Below the pieces are notes generated by a model that was not told the origin of the DNA, ran no database searches, and worked only from the letters and a program-made list of their open reading frames with translations. Shown here in pieces: positions 1 to 9,587 of a stretch of DNA of 64,000 nucleotides. The DNA lies in assembly GCA_003281085.1 (NCBI GenBank), contig QCCZ01000002.1, positions 11,028-75,027 on the forward strand. Direction: 5' to 3'. The stretch comes from OCS155 cluster bacterium AG-349-E07. Lineage in GTDB: Bacteria > Actinomycetota > Acidimicrobiia > Actinomarinales > Actinomarinaceae. The position numbers and the translations under genes were made by a program. Within the stretch, counting starts at the first letter, position 1. Every line of letters starts with the position of its first letter.

Positions 1-421
1 TATTAGAAAAATTGATTACTACCTCTACTGAGTTAACAATTAATTTGATGTCTTGTTCGTTAGACGATTCTATGTAACCTTCTAATACATATTCATCTTC
101 TATAGGTTCAAATAATTTAATTTTTACTAATTCACCCAAAGCTAATTCAAAATGCCTGTTTGTTTTTAGTTTTCTTTCAATCCCTGGACTTGAAACAATC
201 ATTTCATATGAACCTTTTTCAATACCCATATTTTCGAGAAGTCTTTGAAATTGTTTATTTAATCTTGAAGTTAAATCAATGTCAATTTCATTATCACTAA
301 CTATATAAACTTCAACTCTTGAAATAGAAGGATAATTAACAATATTTAGGTCATAAAGTTCAAGATTTTCTTCACTTAGATATAGATCGAAAGCCTCTAA
401 GATTTCTTTTTCAGAAACCAT
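1..421 (-). CDS. rimP: Ribosome maturation factor RimP (5' part; 3' end runs off the window)
   Basis: Not in the ORF track because it runs off the left edge. My reverse-strand translation from ATG (421..419) stays open to position 1: MVSEKEILEAFDLYLSEENLELYDL...GSYEMIVSSPGIERKLKTNRHFELALGELVKIKLFEP. It carries the SSPG-x-x-R and hF..a.G..v.v motifs of RimP/DUF150. GGAGG (431..427) lies 5 nt upstream of the ATG. Confidence 0.75.
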   Translation of the reverse strand, partial: MVSEKEILEAFDLYLSEENLELYDLNIVNYPSISRVEVYIVSDNEIDIDLTSRLNKQFQRLLENMGIEKGSYEMIVSSPGIERKLKTNRHFELALGELVKIKLFEPIEDEYVLEGYIESSNEQDIKLIVNSVEVVINFSN

Positions 422-437
422 ATAAACCTCCATTCAT

Positions 438-461
438 AAAAAAAGCGGGCTTGAAACCCAC
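438..461 (-). terminator. Weak intrinsic terminator/attenuator hairpin downstream of proS
   Basis: On the - strand RNA: GUGGGU-UUCAA-GCCCGC (6-bp stem including two G-U pairs, 461..445) followed by U7 (444..438). It lies 64 nt after the proS stop and directly upstream of the rimP SD. Confidence 0.35.
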
Positions 462-524
462 TATACATAGTTAAATTGTCTCTAAGTAATTGTAACAAAC
501 ATTGGAGTTTATTTAAAGCCTTTT

Positions 525-1955
525 TTAATATGCTTTAGAAAAAATTACCTTTTTACCCTCAACAGACTCATTGTTTACAGCTTTGGCAGAACCTTCATTT
601 TCCAAGAGATAGCATCTGAGTGTAGCTTTGGTTAAATCTTTAATTTCAATCTCATCAGAAGTATTTTCATCCCAATAACATGTAACAAAACCTGGAGTTG
701 AATTCAAAGTATCAATTAGTTCTGCTTTACTGTCTACATGGATTGTATTGTCTTTTCTAAAATTCTTTGAGGTCTCTAGTAAGTTAGATTGAATGTCGTC
801 TAAATTGTCTTTTAATTTCTGAGATACTTCATTTATTGATATGGAGTTCTTGCCATCAACACCGTCTCTTCTCGAGAAAACTACAGAATTTTTTTCTATA
901 TCTTTAGGCCCTAATTCAATTCTTAATGGTACTCCTTTTAATTCCCATTCATTGAATTTGAAACCTGGTGAAATATTATCCCTATCATCAATTTTTATTC
1001 GATAACTTTCACGCAATTCTTCGTGTAATTTATTAACAGTTTCTAATACAACTGATTTACTATCCTCATTAGGAATTATTGGAATAAGTACTGATTGAGT
1101 AGGTGCTAATTTTGGTGGGAGTTGTAATCCTTTATCATCACCATGAGCCATAATAATCATTCCTATTAAACGAGTACTAACACCCCAGCTAGTTTGAAAT
1201 GGATGTTGTAACTCATTATTTTCATCAGAATATTGAATTTCAAAAGCCTTTGAAAAATTCTGTCCTAACTCATGTGATGTACCTGCTTGCAATGCTTTCT
1301 TATCTTTCATCATTGCTTCGATCGAATAAGTAGTAGTAGCACCAGCAAATCTTTCATTAGCAGACTTGATACCTTTAACAACAGAAACGCCGGCTGCATT
1401 TTCAGCAAATTCAGCATATATGTCTAACATTTGCAAAGCTTCACTTGTTGCTTCTTCTTGAGTTTTGTGTGCGGTATGACCTTCTTGCCAGAGAAACTCT
1501 GAAGTTCTTAGGAATAATCGCGTTCTCATTTCCCATCTAACAACATTTGCCCACTGGTTAACTAACATTGGTAAATCTCTATGGCTTTTAATCCATTTTG
1601 CAAACATATGGTTAATAATTGTCTCAGATGTTGGTCTTACGACTAAAGGTTCTTCAAGCTCTTTTCCGCCAGCATGTGTGACCGTAGCTAATTCAGGAGA
1701 AAAACCTTCAACATGCTCCGCTTCTTTTTGAATAAAGGAGTTGGGTATAAAAAGTGGGAAATATGCATTCTCATGACCTGTTTCTTTAAATTTTTTATCT
1801 AAGTAGGCTTGAACTCCTTCCCAAAGAGAGTAGCCATATGGTCTTATTACCATCGTTCCTTTTACAGGAGAATAGTCTGCCAATTGTGCTTGTTGAATTA
1901 TGTCAGTGTACCACTCGTTGAAGTCTTCTGACATAGGTGTAATTTTTTCAACCAT
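525..1955 (-). CDS. proS: Prolyl-tRNA synthetase, archaeal/eukaryote-like short form
   Basis: 476 aa. The N-terminus FNEWYTDIIQQAQLADYSPVKG..VIRPYGYSLWE and FPLFIP are typical of the short ProRS subtype. The length leaves no room for the bacterial INS editing domain. The protein ends in ...SKAY (C-terminal Tyr of this subtype). Confidence 0.9.
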   Translation of the reverse strand: MVEKITPMSEDFNEWYTDIIQQAQLADYSPVKGTMVIRPYGYSLWEGVQAYLDKKFKETGHENAYFPLFIPNSFIQKEAEHVEGFSPELATVTHAGGKELEEPLVVRPTSETIINHMFAKWIKSHRDLPMLVNQWANVVRWEMRTRLFLRTSEFLWQEGHTAHKTQEEATSEALQMLDIYAEFAENAAGVSVVKGIKSANERFAGATTTYSIEAMMKDKKALQAGTSHELGQNFSKAFEIQYSDENNELQHPFQTSWGVSTRLIGMIIMAHGDDKGLQLPPKLAPTQSVLIPIIPNEDSKSVVLETVNKLHEELRESYRIKIDDRDNISPGFKFNEWELKGVPLRIELGPKDIEKNSVVFSRRDGVDGKNSISINEVSQKLKDNLDDIQSNLLETSKNFRKDNTIHVDSKAELIDTLNSTPGFVTCYWDENTSDEIEIKDLTKATLRCYLLENEGSAKAVNNESVEGKKVIFSKAY

Positions 1956-1973
1956 GACTATATATTAAAGGTT

Positions 1974-3197
1974 TTAATTTTCAATATCAGTATTTGAAGA
2001 TATCTCCACAACTGATTTTTTTCTTTCCAAGAAATTGTTAATATCTCCCTGAGAATTTATGAGGTCGTTTGCATCTTTACGTGCGATTTCTGCAGCATTT
2101 TTATCTGCAGCAGCTAGCCTTGCATCTATCCCCTGTTCAATAATTAATTTTGCCTCTGATAGTAAAGCATCGACCATTTCTTTTTCATTAACAACTCTTA
2201 CTACTTCACCTTTTATAAATAAGTGCCCTTTATTTTTGCCAGCTGCAATACCTAAATCTGCAGATCTAGCTTCACCAGGACCATTCACAACGCAACCCAT
2301 AACAGCAACTTGTAATGGAATGTTTTCATTATTTAATGCATCTTGTGCTTCTTCTGCAACTTTAATAACATCAACCTCTGCTCTTCCACAACTTGGACAA
2401 GCAATTAAATCTAAAGAGTTCCTTTCTCTTAGACCTAAATACTCCAATAAAGCTCTTCCACTTTTAGCTTCTTCAACCGGGTCAGTTGTTAAAGAGTAAC
2501 GGATTGTGTCACCAATGCCTTCACTTAATAAGGTTCCAATTCCTGCAGTTGACTTAATTAACCCACCAGGTAGTGGTCCTGCTTCTGTTACGCCAAGATG
2601 CAGAGGGTAATCTACTTTTTCAGCTAAAAGCCTATATGATTCAATCATTAATGGTACGTTCGAATGTTTAACGGAAATTTTTATATCGAAAAAACCAACA
2701 TCTTCTAGATACTTTAATTCTTTTAGAGCAGATTCAACTAGAGCTTCAGGTGTAGCATCACCATATTTCTCGAGTAAATCTTTATCAAGAGACCCGCCAT
2801 TAACACCAATTCTAATTGGTATGTTTGCTGACAAAGCTTCTTTGGCCACTTCCTTAATCTGTTGTTCTTTTCTAATGTTTCCAGGGTTAAGTCTTAAGCC
2901 ATTAACACCAGCATCAATAGCTGCAAGTGCTAGTTTGTATTGAAAGTGTACATCAGCAACTATTGGAACCGGGCTTCTTTGTGTGATTTCAACCAACCCT
3001 GTAGCAGCATCTACTTCATTACAAGTTACTCTTACGATATCTGCACCATTAGAAGCAAGTTCGTAAATCTGCGAGAGCGTAGATTCAACATCTTTAGTTT
3101 TTGTTGTAGTCATAGATTGAACAGATATAGGAAAATCTGACCCAATTCCAACTTTACCTATTTGAATTTGTCGTGTTTTTCTTCTATGAAATTTCAT
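1974..3197 (-). CDS. ispG: 4-hydroxy-3-methylbut-2-enyl diphosphate synthase (IspG/GcpE)
   Basis: 407 aa with RIGVNGGSL, CPSCGR and MGCVVNGPGE Fe-S ligand motifs. 4-nt overlap with the upstream rseP stop. Confidence 0.92.
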   Translation of the reverse strand: MKFHRRKTRQIQIGKVGIGSDFPISVQSMTTTKTKDVESTLSQIYELASNGADIVRVTCNEVDAATGLVEITQRSPVPIVADVHFQYKLALAAIDAGVNGLRLNPGNIRKEQQIKEVAKEALSANIPIRIGVNGGSLDKDLLEKYGDATPEALVESALKELKYLEDVGFFDIKISVKHSNVPLMIESYRLLAEKVDYPLHLGVTEAGPLPGGLIKSTAGIGTLLSEGIGDTIRYSLTTDPVEEAKSGRALLEYLGLRERNSLDLIACPSCGRAEVDVIKVAEEAQDALNNENIPLQVAVMGCVVNGPGEARSADLGIAAGKNKGHLFIKGEVVRVVNEKEMVDALLSEAKLIIEQGIDARLAAADKNAAEIARKDANDLINSQGDINNFLERKKSVVEISSNTDIEN

Positions 3198-4297
3198 AAT
3201 CTTATTGGCTGCGTAATATCAAGATAAAATGCTGTTATTCCTAAGAATACAAAGATAAAAATTACAAGAGCAGCTATTGGATATAATTTTTTATCTTCTA
3301 TTTTTTTACCTGTAATGCCTTCATACAACGCTAAAACAATTCTTCCACCATCTAATGGAACTAACGGTATCGAATTAAAAACAGCTAAGAAAATATTAAC
3401 AAAAGCAAGCAAACTAAATAAATTTACATAACCTCCCTCAGCTATTTGGTTTCCAGCTTGTGCTAAACCAATTGGACTCAACGGTCTTACTTCATCAGGA
3501 ACATCTTCGCCTGTATAAGTACCAAGTAAAGCTTCAAGAGTAGATGGGTTAAATAATGTAAAAATCCCTTCAATAGCTGCCTTAGTCATATCAATTTCTA
3601 TAAGAGTTGTTGCAGGTATGGCTTGTAGCAAACCAAGAGTTTGTTTTTCTAAAACAGGTGAGACCCCTAAGTAACCTGAGAGTTCATTGTTTACGAGTCT
3701 TGACTCTAATATAGTTGTAGTTAAGTACATTTGAGAATTTCGAATATATCCTATCGATACATTTTTATCTGGATTAACTTCGATAATTGAAACTAACTCT
3801 TCCCAACTCTGTACCTCTGAACCGTTAAATGAATAAATTATATCTCCTGGAATCAAACCTGCTTTTTTTGATGGAGCATCATCATTTGGATTGCTTATTG
3901 ATTCTCCAATTGTAGCTACCTCTAGCGTTGGTTGGTCTATCCCATAAAAAGCAAATATAGAAAATAAAATTATCCATGCTAGAAAAAAATTGACCAATAT
4001 TCCTGAAGAGGCAATATAAAGCTTTTTAGTCCAAGATGCAGTATGAAACAATTCGTCATTTTTATAGTCTGATACAGGTTCGTTTTCATCCATTCCTGGT
4101 ATCTTTACGTATCCACCCAGCAAAATAGCCTTTAAGCCATATTCAGTATTGTTTCTTTTGAAAGAAAATAGTTTTGGGCCAAAACCAACAAAAAATTCAG
4201 ATACTGCAATTTTTGATCTTCTTGCAGAAATGTAATGACCAAGCTCATGAAGTACCACAAACAATGTAAGCAATAAAATAGTTAAAATAGCATTCAT
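3194..4297 (-). CDS. rseP: M50 site-2 zinc metalloprotease (RseP/Rip1-like) with PDZ domain
   Basis: 367 aa. HELGHY lies in the first TM segment, with a PDZ-like middle (GDIIYSFNG) and the NSIPLVPLDGG motif near the C-terminus. Confidence 0.88.
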   Translation of the reverse strand: MNAILTILLLTLFVVLHELGHYISARRSKIAVSEFFVGFGPKLFSFKRNNTEYGLKAILLGGYVKIPGMDENEPVSDYKNDELFHTASWTKKLYIASSGILVNFFLAWIILFSIFAFYGIDQPTLEVATIGESISNPNDDAPSKKAGLIPGDIIYSFNGSEVQSWEELVSIIEVNPDKNVSIGYIRNSQMYLTTTILESRLVNNELSGYLGVSPVLEKQTLGLLQAIPATTLIEIDMTKAAIEGIFTLFNPSTLEALLGTYTGEDVPDEVRPLSPIGLAQAGNQIAEGGYVNLFSLLAFVNIFLAVFNSIPLVPLDGGRIVLALYEGITGKKIEDKKLYPIAALVIFIFVFLGITAFYLDITQPIRL

Positions 4298-4313
4298 ATA
4301 TTAATTATTACAC

Positions 4314-5231
4314 TTATTGGATTAAATCTAAAAAATGAACGAATAGAACAAGAATTGGAAAACTTAATAATTGTGAATCAATTCTATCTAATACACCACC
4401 ATGACCTGGCAACAAAGTGCTTGTATCTTTAAGTTCAATAGATCGTTTAATTTTTGATTCAAACAAATCTCCCAAAGTCCCAAATAACACGAACAAAATA
4501 GAAATTAATATTTTTTGCGTTAAGGTAACAGTTAAAAAATAATTTAAAACAAAGAAAACAAAAATAGATCCAACAAATAATCCGGCTGCAAAGCCTTCTA
4601 CTGTTTTGTTAGGTGATATGTTTTCTGAAAGCTTCTTTTTGCCATATCGCCTACCAAACTCATAGGCAGCAACATCATTAATTGATATTGAAATTAATAA
4701 AAGAAAAGTAAATAATGGCCCAAAATTATTTAAAAAATAGCCAATTGAAGCTAAACCTGTTCCAAACCAAATAAGAAACAAAAATGAGCTTCCGAATTTA
4801 TCATAGACTCCATAATTTATAAAAGTTCCTGTGTAAACAATTACACCTATAGGAAAAATTAAATATGGAATGTGAAAATTGTTTAAACCAAAAAAATATG
4901 CCACAAACAAAGGAGCAAGAGCTGCATATAGTAGTAACGGATAAGGAAGTATTGTTTCATATTCGAACATATCAAACCATTCTTTAGTAGCAAGAAGACC
5001 AACGATAACCAACAAAATTAGTGCTGAAGTTTTATTAATAAACATTACAGCAACAATAACTATCAATGCTAAACCAGTCACAACTCTTGGATTCGATGAG
5101 AAAAATGAAGGATTTTCTTGGTCTTTACTTGTCTGAGATAAATCATTTTCATCAGGAAGCTCAATGTATCCAGGCCAAAACGTACCATCATTATCTGATT
5201 GAAATAGTTTTTTAAACCTCAAGTAATTCAT
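4314..5231 (-). CDS. cdsA: Phosphatidate cytidylyltransferase
   Basis: 305-aa polytopic protein with the C-terminal signature SKIKRSIELKDTSTLLPGHGGVLDRIDS. The start is uncertain because of a 20-nt overlap with frr. Confidence 0.88.
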   Translation of the reverse strand: MNYLRFKKLFQSDNDGTFWPGYIELPDENDLSQTSKDQENPSFFSSNPRVVTGLALIVIVAVMFINKTSALILLVIVGLLATKEWFDMFEYETILPYPLLLYAALAPLFVAYFFGLNNFHIPYLIFPIGVIVYTGTFINYGVYDKFGSSFLFLIWFGTGLASIGYFLNNFGPLFTFLLLISISINDVAAYEFGRRYGKKKLSENISPNKTVEGFAAGLFVGSIFVFFVLNYFLTVTLTQKILISILFVLFGTLGDLFESKIKRSIELKDTSTLLPGHGGVLDRIDSQLLSFPILVLFVHFLDLIQ

Positions 5232-5763
5232 TTTGCTTTATCAAAAGTAATTCATCAATTTTATTTACATACTTATCAGTTAACTCTTGTACTTTTGATT
5301 CTAATCTTTTTATCTCATCAGCAGAATTTTCATCTTTTAATTTGGAAATTTCATCTATGCCAAATCTTCTGTGTGATCGTATTGAAACTTTTGCATCTTC
5401 TGATGATTTAGAAGCTACTTTACCAAGTTCTTTTCTTCTTTCTTCTGATAAAGGTGGTATTGGTATACGAATTACTTCTCCATCATTTGTTGGATTTAAT
5501 CCAATATCTGCATTTAAAACTGATTTTTCAATTTCTTCTAGAGCTGTTTTGTCAAAAGGTTGTATTACTAATAGCTTTGGATCTGGTACTGATATAGTTG
5601 CTAATTGCTGAAGTGGTGTCTTAGTTCCGTAGTATTCTACATTTAATTTATCGACTAGTGATGGATTTGCTCTGCCGGTTCTGATCGTTGAAAATTCATC
5701 TACCAAGTGATTTAATGAATTAATCATCTTTTGCTCAATATCTTTTATAATTATATCGCTCAT
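5212..5763 (-). CDS. frr: Ribosome recycling factor
   Basis: 183 aa with RTGRANPSLVD and the canonical pyrH-frr-cdsA context. Confidence 0.95.
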   Translation of the reverse strand: MSDIIIKDIEQKMINSLNHLVDEFSTIRTGRANPSLVDKLNVEYYGTKTPLQQLATISVPDPKLLVIQPFDKTALEEIEKSVLNADIGLNPTNDGEVIRIPIPPLSEERRKELGKVASKSSEDAKVSIRSHRRFGIDEISKLKDENSADEIKRLESKVQELTDKYVNKIDELLLIKQNELLEV

Positions 5764-6464
5764 TATTGTATTAAAGTTCCTAGTTTCTCACCTGTAATGG
5801 CTTTGTAAATATTTTGTTCTTTAGTACCATCAAATACTCTTATGGGCATTTCGTTTTCTTCACATAGTGTTATTGCAGTTAAATCCATAACTTTTAATTT
5901 GCTTGAGACCACATCTTTATATGAAATTTCATTATAAAGCTCAGCTTGCTCTTCAACTTCTGGATCTTTATCGAAAACACCTTCAACTCTGGTTGATTTC
6001 AGCATTAAATCCGCATCTATTTCTGCTGCTCGAAGTGAAGCCGCTGTGTCAGTTGTAAAATATGGGTTACCTGTACCTGCTGCAAAAATAACAACTCTAC
6101 CTTTTTCAAGATGCCTTATTGCTCGAAGTCTAATATAAGGTTCTGCAACAGCTGTCATGGTTATAGCGGATTGGACTCGCGTTTGTGTACCGTTCTTGTC
6201 TAAAGCATCTTTTAAAGCAACAGCATTTATAACTGTTGCTAACATTCCCATGTAATCTGCATTTGCTTGTGCCATATTTTTTGCAGATTCTTGTACGCCT
6301 CTAAAAAAGTTACCACCGCCTACAACAACACCTATTTGAATATTCTCATTATTAGCTGCTGTTATCTCAGAAGCGATTCTTTCAATTACCTTTGGTTCAA
6401 TTCCAAAATTAGTTTCAGGATTAGAAAAGGATTCTCCAGAAAGTTTTAGTAGAACCCTACTCAT
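5763..6464 (-). CDS. pyrH: UMP kinase
   Basis: 233 aa with RVLLKLSGE and VVGGGNFFRG. Confidence 0.95.
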   Translation of the reverse strand: MSRVLLKLSGESFSNPETNFGIEPKVIERIASEITAANNENIQIGVVVGGGNFFRGVQESAKNMAQANADYMGMLATVINAVALKDALDKNGTQTRVQSAITMTAVAEPYIRLRAIRHLEKGRVVIFAAGTGNPYFTTDTAASLRAAEIDADLMLKSTRVEGVFDKDPEVEEQAELYNEISYKDVVSSKLKVMDLTAITLCEENEMPIRVFDGTKEQNIYKAITGEKLGTLIQ

Positions 6465-6466
6465 TA

Positions 6467-7075
6467 TTAAGTACCAACCTCAATTCTCGAAAATTTCTTA
6501 ATGTAAATTTTTTCACCTAATTTTCCAGATAGCTCTTCAATCATTGTACCAACTTGACCCTCATAAAATTCTGGATTGCAAAATGTTTGTTCATTCAAAA
6601 CATAATCTTTGTAAAAAGATGAAATTTTTCCATCAACAATCTTTGTTATAACATCTGCTGGCTTTCCTTCATTTTCGGATTGCTTTTTAATAATTTCTTT
6701 TTCTTCCTCAATTCTTTCTGAGGGAACATCTTCAACATCTAAAAATTCAGGTTTTAGAGCTGCTATATGCATTGCTACTTGCTTAGCAACGTTTTTAAAT
6801 TCATCTGATTTAGCAACAAAATCTGTTTCACATGCAAGTTCGACTAGTACACCAGCAACAGCTCTATCCTGTTGAAAATGTATATAGTCACCAATAGTTC
6901 CTTGGTTGGCTTCTTTATCAGCTCTTTTTTTCGAGTCTGCTAAGCCTTTTTCTCTAAGATACTTAACAGCATTATCAAAATCTCCATTGCTTTCAGACAG
7001 AGCTTTTTTGGCATCCATCATTCCAGCACCAGTCATATCACGTAGTTTTTTTACATCAGCTGCTGAAATTGACAT
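6467..7075 (-). CDS. tsf: Elongation factor Ts (short form)
   Basis: 202 aa. N-terminal UBA-like VKKLRDMTGAGMMDAKKAL...YLREKG, located downstream of rpsB. Confidence 0.9.
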   Translation of the reverse strand: MSISAADVKKLRDMTGAGMMDAKKALSESNGDFDNAVKYLREKGLADSKKRADKEANQGTIGDYIHFQQDRAVAGVLVELACETDFVAKSDEFKNVAKQVAMHIAALKPEFLDVEDVPSERIEEEKEIIKKQSENEGKPADVITKIVDGKISSFYKDYVLNEQTFCNPEFYEGQVGTMIEELSGKLGEKIYIKKFSRIEVGT

Positions 7076-7785
7076 TATTCTTTCTCCTTATTCTCAACTT
7101 CACTTCTTTTTCCTGAACCTTTAAGACAAGCGTCAGCAATTGCTGAAGCAATTAACTCGATTGATCTAATTGCATCGTCATTACCAGGTATAACAATTTC
7201 AACTCCTTCAGGATTTACATTTGAGTCTGCTAAACCAATAACTGGAATGCCTAATTTTTGAGCTTCAGTAATGGCTGTAGATTCATTTGAGAGATCTACG
7301 ACAAAAATTGCATCCGGAAGTTTGTTTAAATTTACAATTCCGCCAATTGATTTAGTAAGTTTTTCGATTTCTCTTTTAATCCTTAATCTTTCAGATTTTG
7401 TATATGCGTTTATTTCACCTGAAGACTCTAAAGATTTTAATTCCTTTAGATAAACTACCCGTTTTATAATTGTTTTAAAATTTGTGAGCATACCACCCAA
7501 CCATCTAAAATTCACATAAGGCATGTCAGCTCGAATTGCTTGATCTTCAATTACTTGTTGAGCCTGTGGTTTAGTTCCTACAAATAAAACTTTTCCACTA
7601 TTTGCAACTAACTTTTGTACATATTCCTGAGCTTGTTCAATAGCGTCATAAGTGATTCTGAGATCTAAAATGTGAATACCACTTTTAGCTCCGTAGATAA
7701 ATTTATCCATTTTGGGATTCCATCTTTGTGTTTGATGACCAAAATGTACGCCCGCTTCAAGCAGGTCTTTCATTGTTGTACTCAA
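7075..7785 (-). CDS. rpsB: 30S ribosomal protein S2
   Basis: 236 aa with LLEAGVHFGHQTQRWNPKM. TTG start 5 nt after AAAGGAG; an ATG four codons downstream is the alternative start. Confidence 0.95.
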   Translation of the reverse strand: MSTTMKDLLEAGVHFGHQTQRWNPKMDKFIYGAKSGIHILDLRITYDAIEQAQEYVQKLVANSGKVLFVGTKPQAQQVIEDQAIRADMPYVNFRWLGGMLTNFKTIIKRVVYLKELKSLESSGEINAYTKSERLRIKREIEKLTKSIGGIVNLNKLPDAIFVVDLSNESTAITEAQKLGIPVIGLADSNVNPEGVEIVIPGNDDAIRSIELIASAIADACLKGSGKRSEVENKEKE

Positions 7786-7911
7786 TATTTCTCCTTTGGT
7801 TAATACATCCCATATTCCTTGCCTAAGCGGTTTCCAAACTTTCGTTCACCAAGGAAACTTGCAAATATGGTGTCTATTTTCATTTGAATTCTAATATCAA
7901 AAAGATATTAT
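7786..7911 (-). promoter_or_regulatory. rpsB 5' leader with candidate alternative stems and a 27-codon uORF
   Basis: This 126-nt spacer is unusually long for this window. CCTTG (7817..7821) pairs with CAAGG (7850..7854), and GTTTCC (7830..7835) pairs with GGAAAC (7853..7858). The two pairings share bases and so are mutually exclusive. A - strand uORF (7883..7800) ends 2 nt before the rpsB SD. Confidence 0.3.
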
Positions 7912-8781
7912 TCAACCCCTCGGATGAGATTGTTTGTATTTTTTTTGGAGTTGCTTTTTAGATACATGAGTATAAATTTGTGTTGTACTAGGGTCATTGT
8001 GACCAAGTAGTTCTTGAACTATTCTCAAATCAGCACCGCCCTCTAATAAATGCGTTGCAAAAGTATGCCTAATGCTGTGTGGAAATGTTCCAGTTCTAAA
8101 TTTAACGATCCTTCTAATTTCTCTGTCGCTTAATTGGCCTCCTCTTACACCAAGAAAAAGATAATTTTTTGACTTATCATTCTCAAATTTTGGCCTTGAA
8201 TTCTCAATATATTTTTTTGTACTAACATATGCTCTTTTAGTCATAGGTAAAACTCTTTCTTTACTCCCCTTACCTAAAACTCTTATAGAATTATTTTTGT
8301 TAATACTGTTTGAAGTTAAATTTGAAACTTCACTGACTCTCAGACCAGATGAATACATTAATTCTAAAATTGCTTTATCTCTTATATCTTTTTCAGAAGA
8401 TTCAGGAAGATTGTCTAGAAGTCTATTTATATATGATGAAGTTAAAACATTTGGCAGTTTTTTCTCTACTTTTAAATTATTTACAATTTTTATTTGGTTT
8501 TGATTAAAGTAATTATTGTCAACAGCCCAAGATAAGAAAGTCCTGATTGAAGTGATTTTACGATTAATAGAAGTCTTTGAATATTTATTCTTGTTTAAAT
8601 GTTTTAGATAACTCGAGAATTCTCCAACACTTTCTGTATTTTCAAAATAGTGTTTTATGTCCGAGTTGTATGATTTGATTGTATTTTGTGAATAATTTTT
8701 CACATTATTGATATAGATTAAATATTCTTCAAGTACTTTGTTTCTATCTGATTGATTATTTAGATTCAAGTCTATTCTCAA
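7912..8781 (-). CDS. xerC: Tyrosine recombinase XerC/XerD family
   Basis: 289 aa with the C-terminal catalytic region [39 protein letters not shown]. It occupies the conserved position upstream of rpsB. The start overlaps the permease gene by 26 nt. Confidence 0.85.
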   Translation of the reverse strand: MRIDLNLNNQSDRNKVLEEYLIYINNVKNYSQNTIKSYNSDIKHYFENTESVGEFSSYLKHLNKNKYSKTSINRKITSIRTFLSWAVDNNYFNQNQIKIVNNLKVEKKLPNVLTSSYINRLLDNLPESSEKDIRDKAILELMYSSGLRVSEVSNLTSNSINKNNSIRVLGKGSKERVLPMTKRAYVSTKKYIENSRPKFENDKSKNYLFLGVRGGQLSDREIRRIVKFRTGTFPHSIRHTFATHLLEGGADLRIVQELLGHNDPSTTQIYTHVSKKQLQKKYKQSHPRG

Positions 8782-9511
8782 GCCTTCTCTGTAGTCCTGA
8801 TAGTATCAAAGTTATTATCAAATATAAAACAGTAAGTACAAGATATGTCTCTGCAAATCTAAATGTACTTCCTGAATACAATCTTCCTCTGTAAGTTAAA
8901 TCTTCAACAGCTAGAACTGATAACAAAGAAGAGTCTTTCATCATTGATATGAAATCATTTCCTAAAGCTGGAAGCATATTTCTAAAAGCTTGAGGTAAGA
9001 CTATAAATCTCATAACTTGCCTGTCTGTTAAACCTAGAGATGCCCCACCCTCTCTCTGACCTACAGGTACAGATTCTATACCAGCTCTAAAGACTTCAGC
9101 AATATATGCACCGTAAAATACTGATAAGGCAATTATTGCTCTTACAAGCATAGGAACATTCCCATTATTAATGTTGAAGAATTCAGCACCTCTTACAACT
9201 ACAACAAATGCAATAGTAAAAATTAAAATCAGAACAGGTACACCTCTTATAAATTCTATATAAGTTCTGGAAATCGTACTTGCAATTTTATTTTTAGAAA
9301 TACGCCCAATTCCTGATATCAAGCCCAAAAATAATGCAATTACAAATGAAATAATTGTTGATAAAAAAGTTATGGAAAGACCAGGAAGAATAAAATTGAA
9401 GGCTTTGTTATATTCTGGATTAGAAAAGATGACATAAATCATCCAAGAAATGATTCCAATCAATATCAGTAACCACCAATTATCAGGTTTGAATAAATTT
9501 TTAATTTTCAT
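8756..9511 (-). CDS. Polar amino-acid ABC transporter permease (His/Glu/Gln/Arg/opine type)
   Basis: 251 aa, polytopic, with the EAA-type loop [40 protein letters not shown]. Confidence 0.85.
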   Translation of the reverse strand: MKIKNLFKPDNWWLLILIGIISWMIYVIFSNPEYNKAFNFILPGLSITFLSTIISFVIALFLGLISGIGRISKNKIASTISRTYIEFIRGVPVLILIFTIAFVVVVRGAEFFNINNGNVPMLVRAIIALSVFYGAYIAEVFRAGIESVPVGQREGGASLGLTDRQVMRFIVLPQAFRNMLPALGNDFISMMKDSSLLSVLAVEDLTYRGRLYSGSTFRFAETYLVLTVLYLIITLILSGLQRRLENRLESK

Positions 9512-9532
9512 TTATTTTTCTAATAATAAAGC

Positions 9533-9558
9533 AATAGGCACGGTTTTCCGTGCCTATT
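9533..9558 (-). terminator. Perfect 11-bp stem / 4-nt loop hairpin between the binding-protein and permease genes
   Basis: AATAGGCACGG-TTTT-CCGTGCCTATT. On the - strand it is followed by a T-rich tract (GCTTTATTATT). It is probably an intra-operon attenuator or mRNA-stability element. Confidence 0.55.
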
Positions 9559-9587
9559 ACAAATTTATATATAAATAAATTATTTAT

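Noticed and set aside
2059-2499. Long antisense ORFs from the six-frame track: 2059..2499, 16814..17419, 17759..18106, 46962..47435, 53170..53508, 58696..59013, 61655..62074 and many 60-100-aa ones.
   Set aside because: Each lies entirely inside, and antisense to, a gene with strong family motifs. Their translations are low-complexity (Ser/Pro/Leu/Phe-rich) with no recognisable motifs and no SD or sensible junctions. This is the typical shadow-ORF artefact opposite conserved genes.
7912-8781. The tyrosine recombinase as a marker of an integrated mobile element.
   Set aside because: It has the XerC/D catalytic signature and sits in the conserved actinobacterial position upstream of rpsB. Both flanks are housekeeping genes joined by overlaps, and I see no flanking direct repeats or cargo genes.
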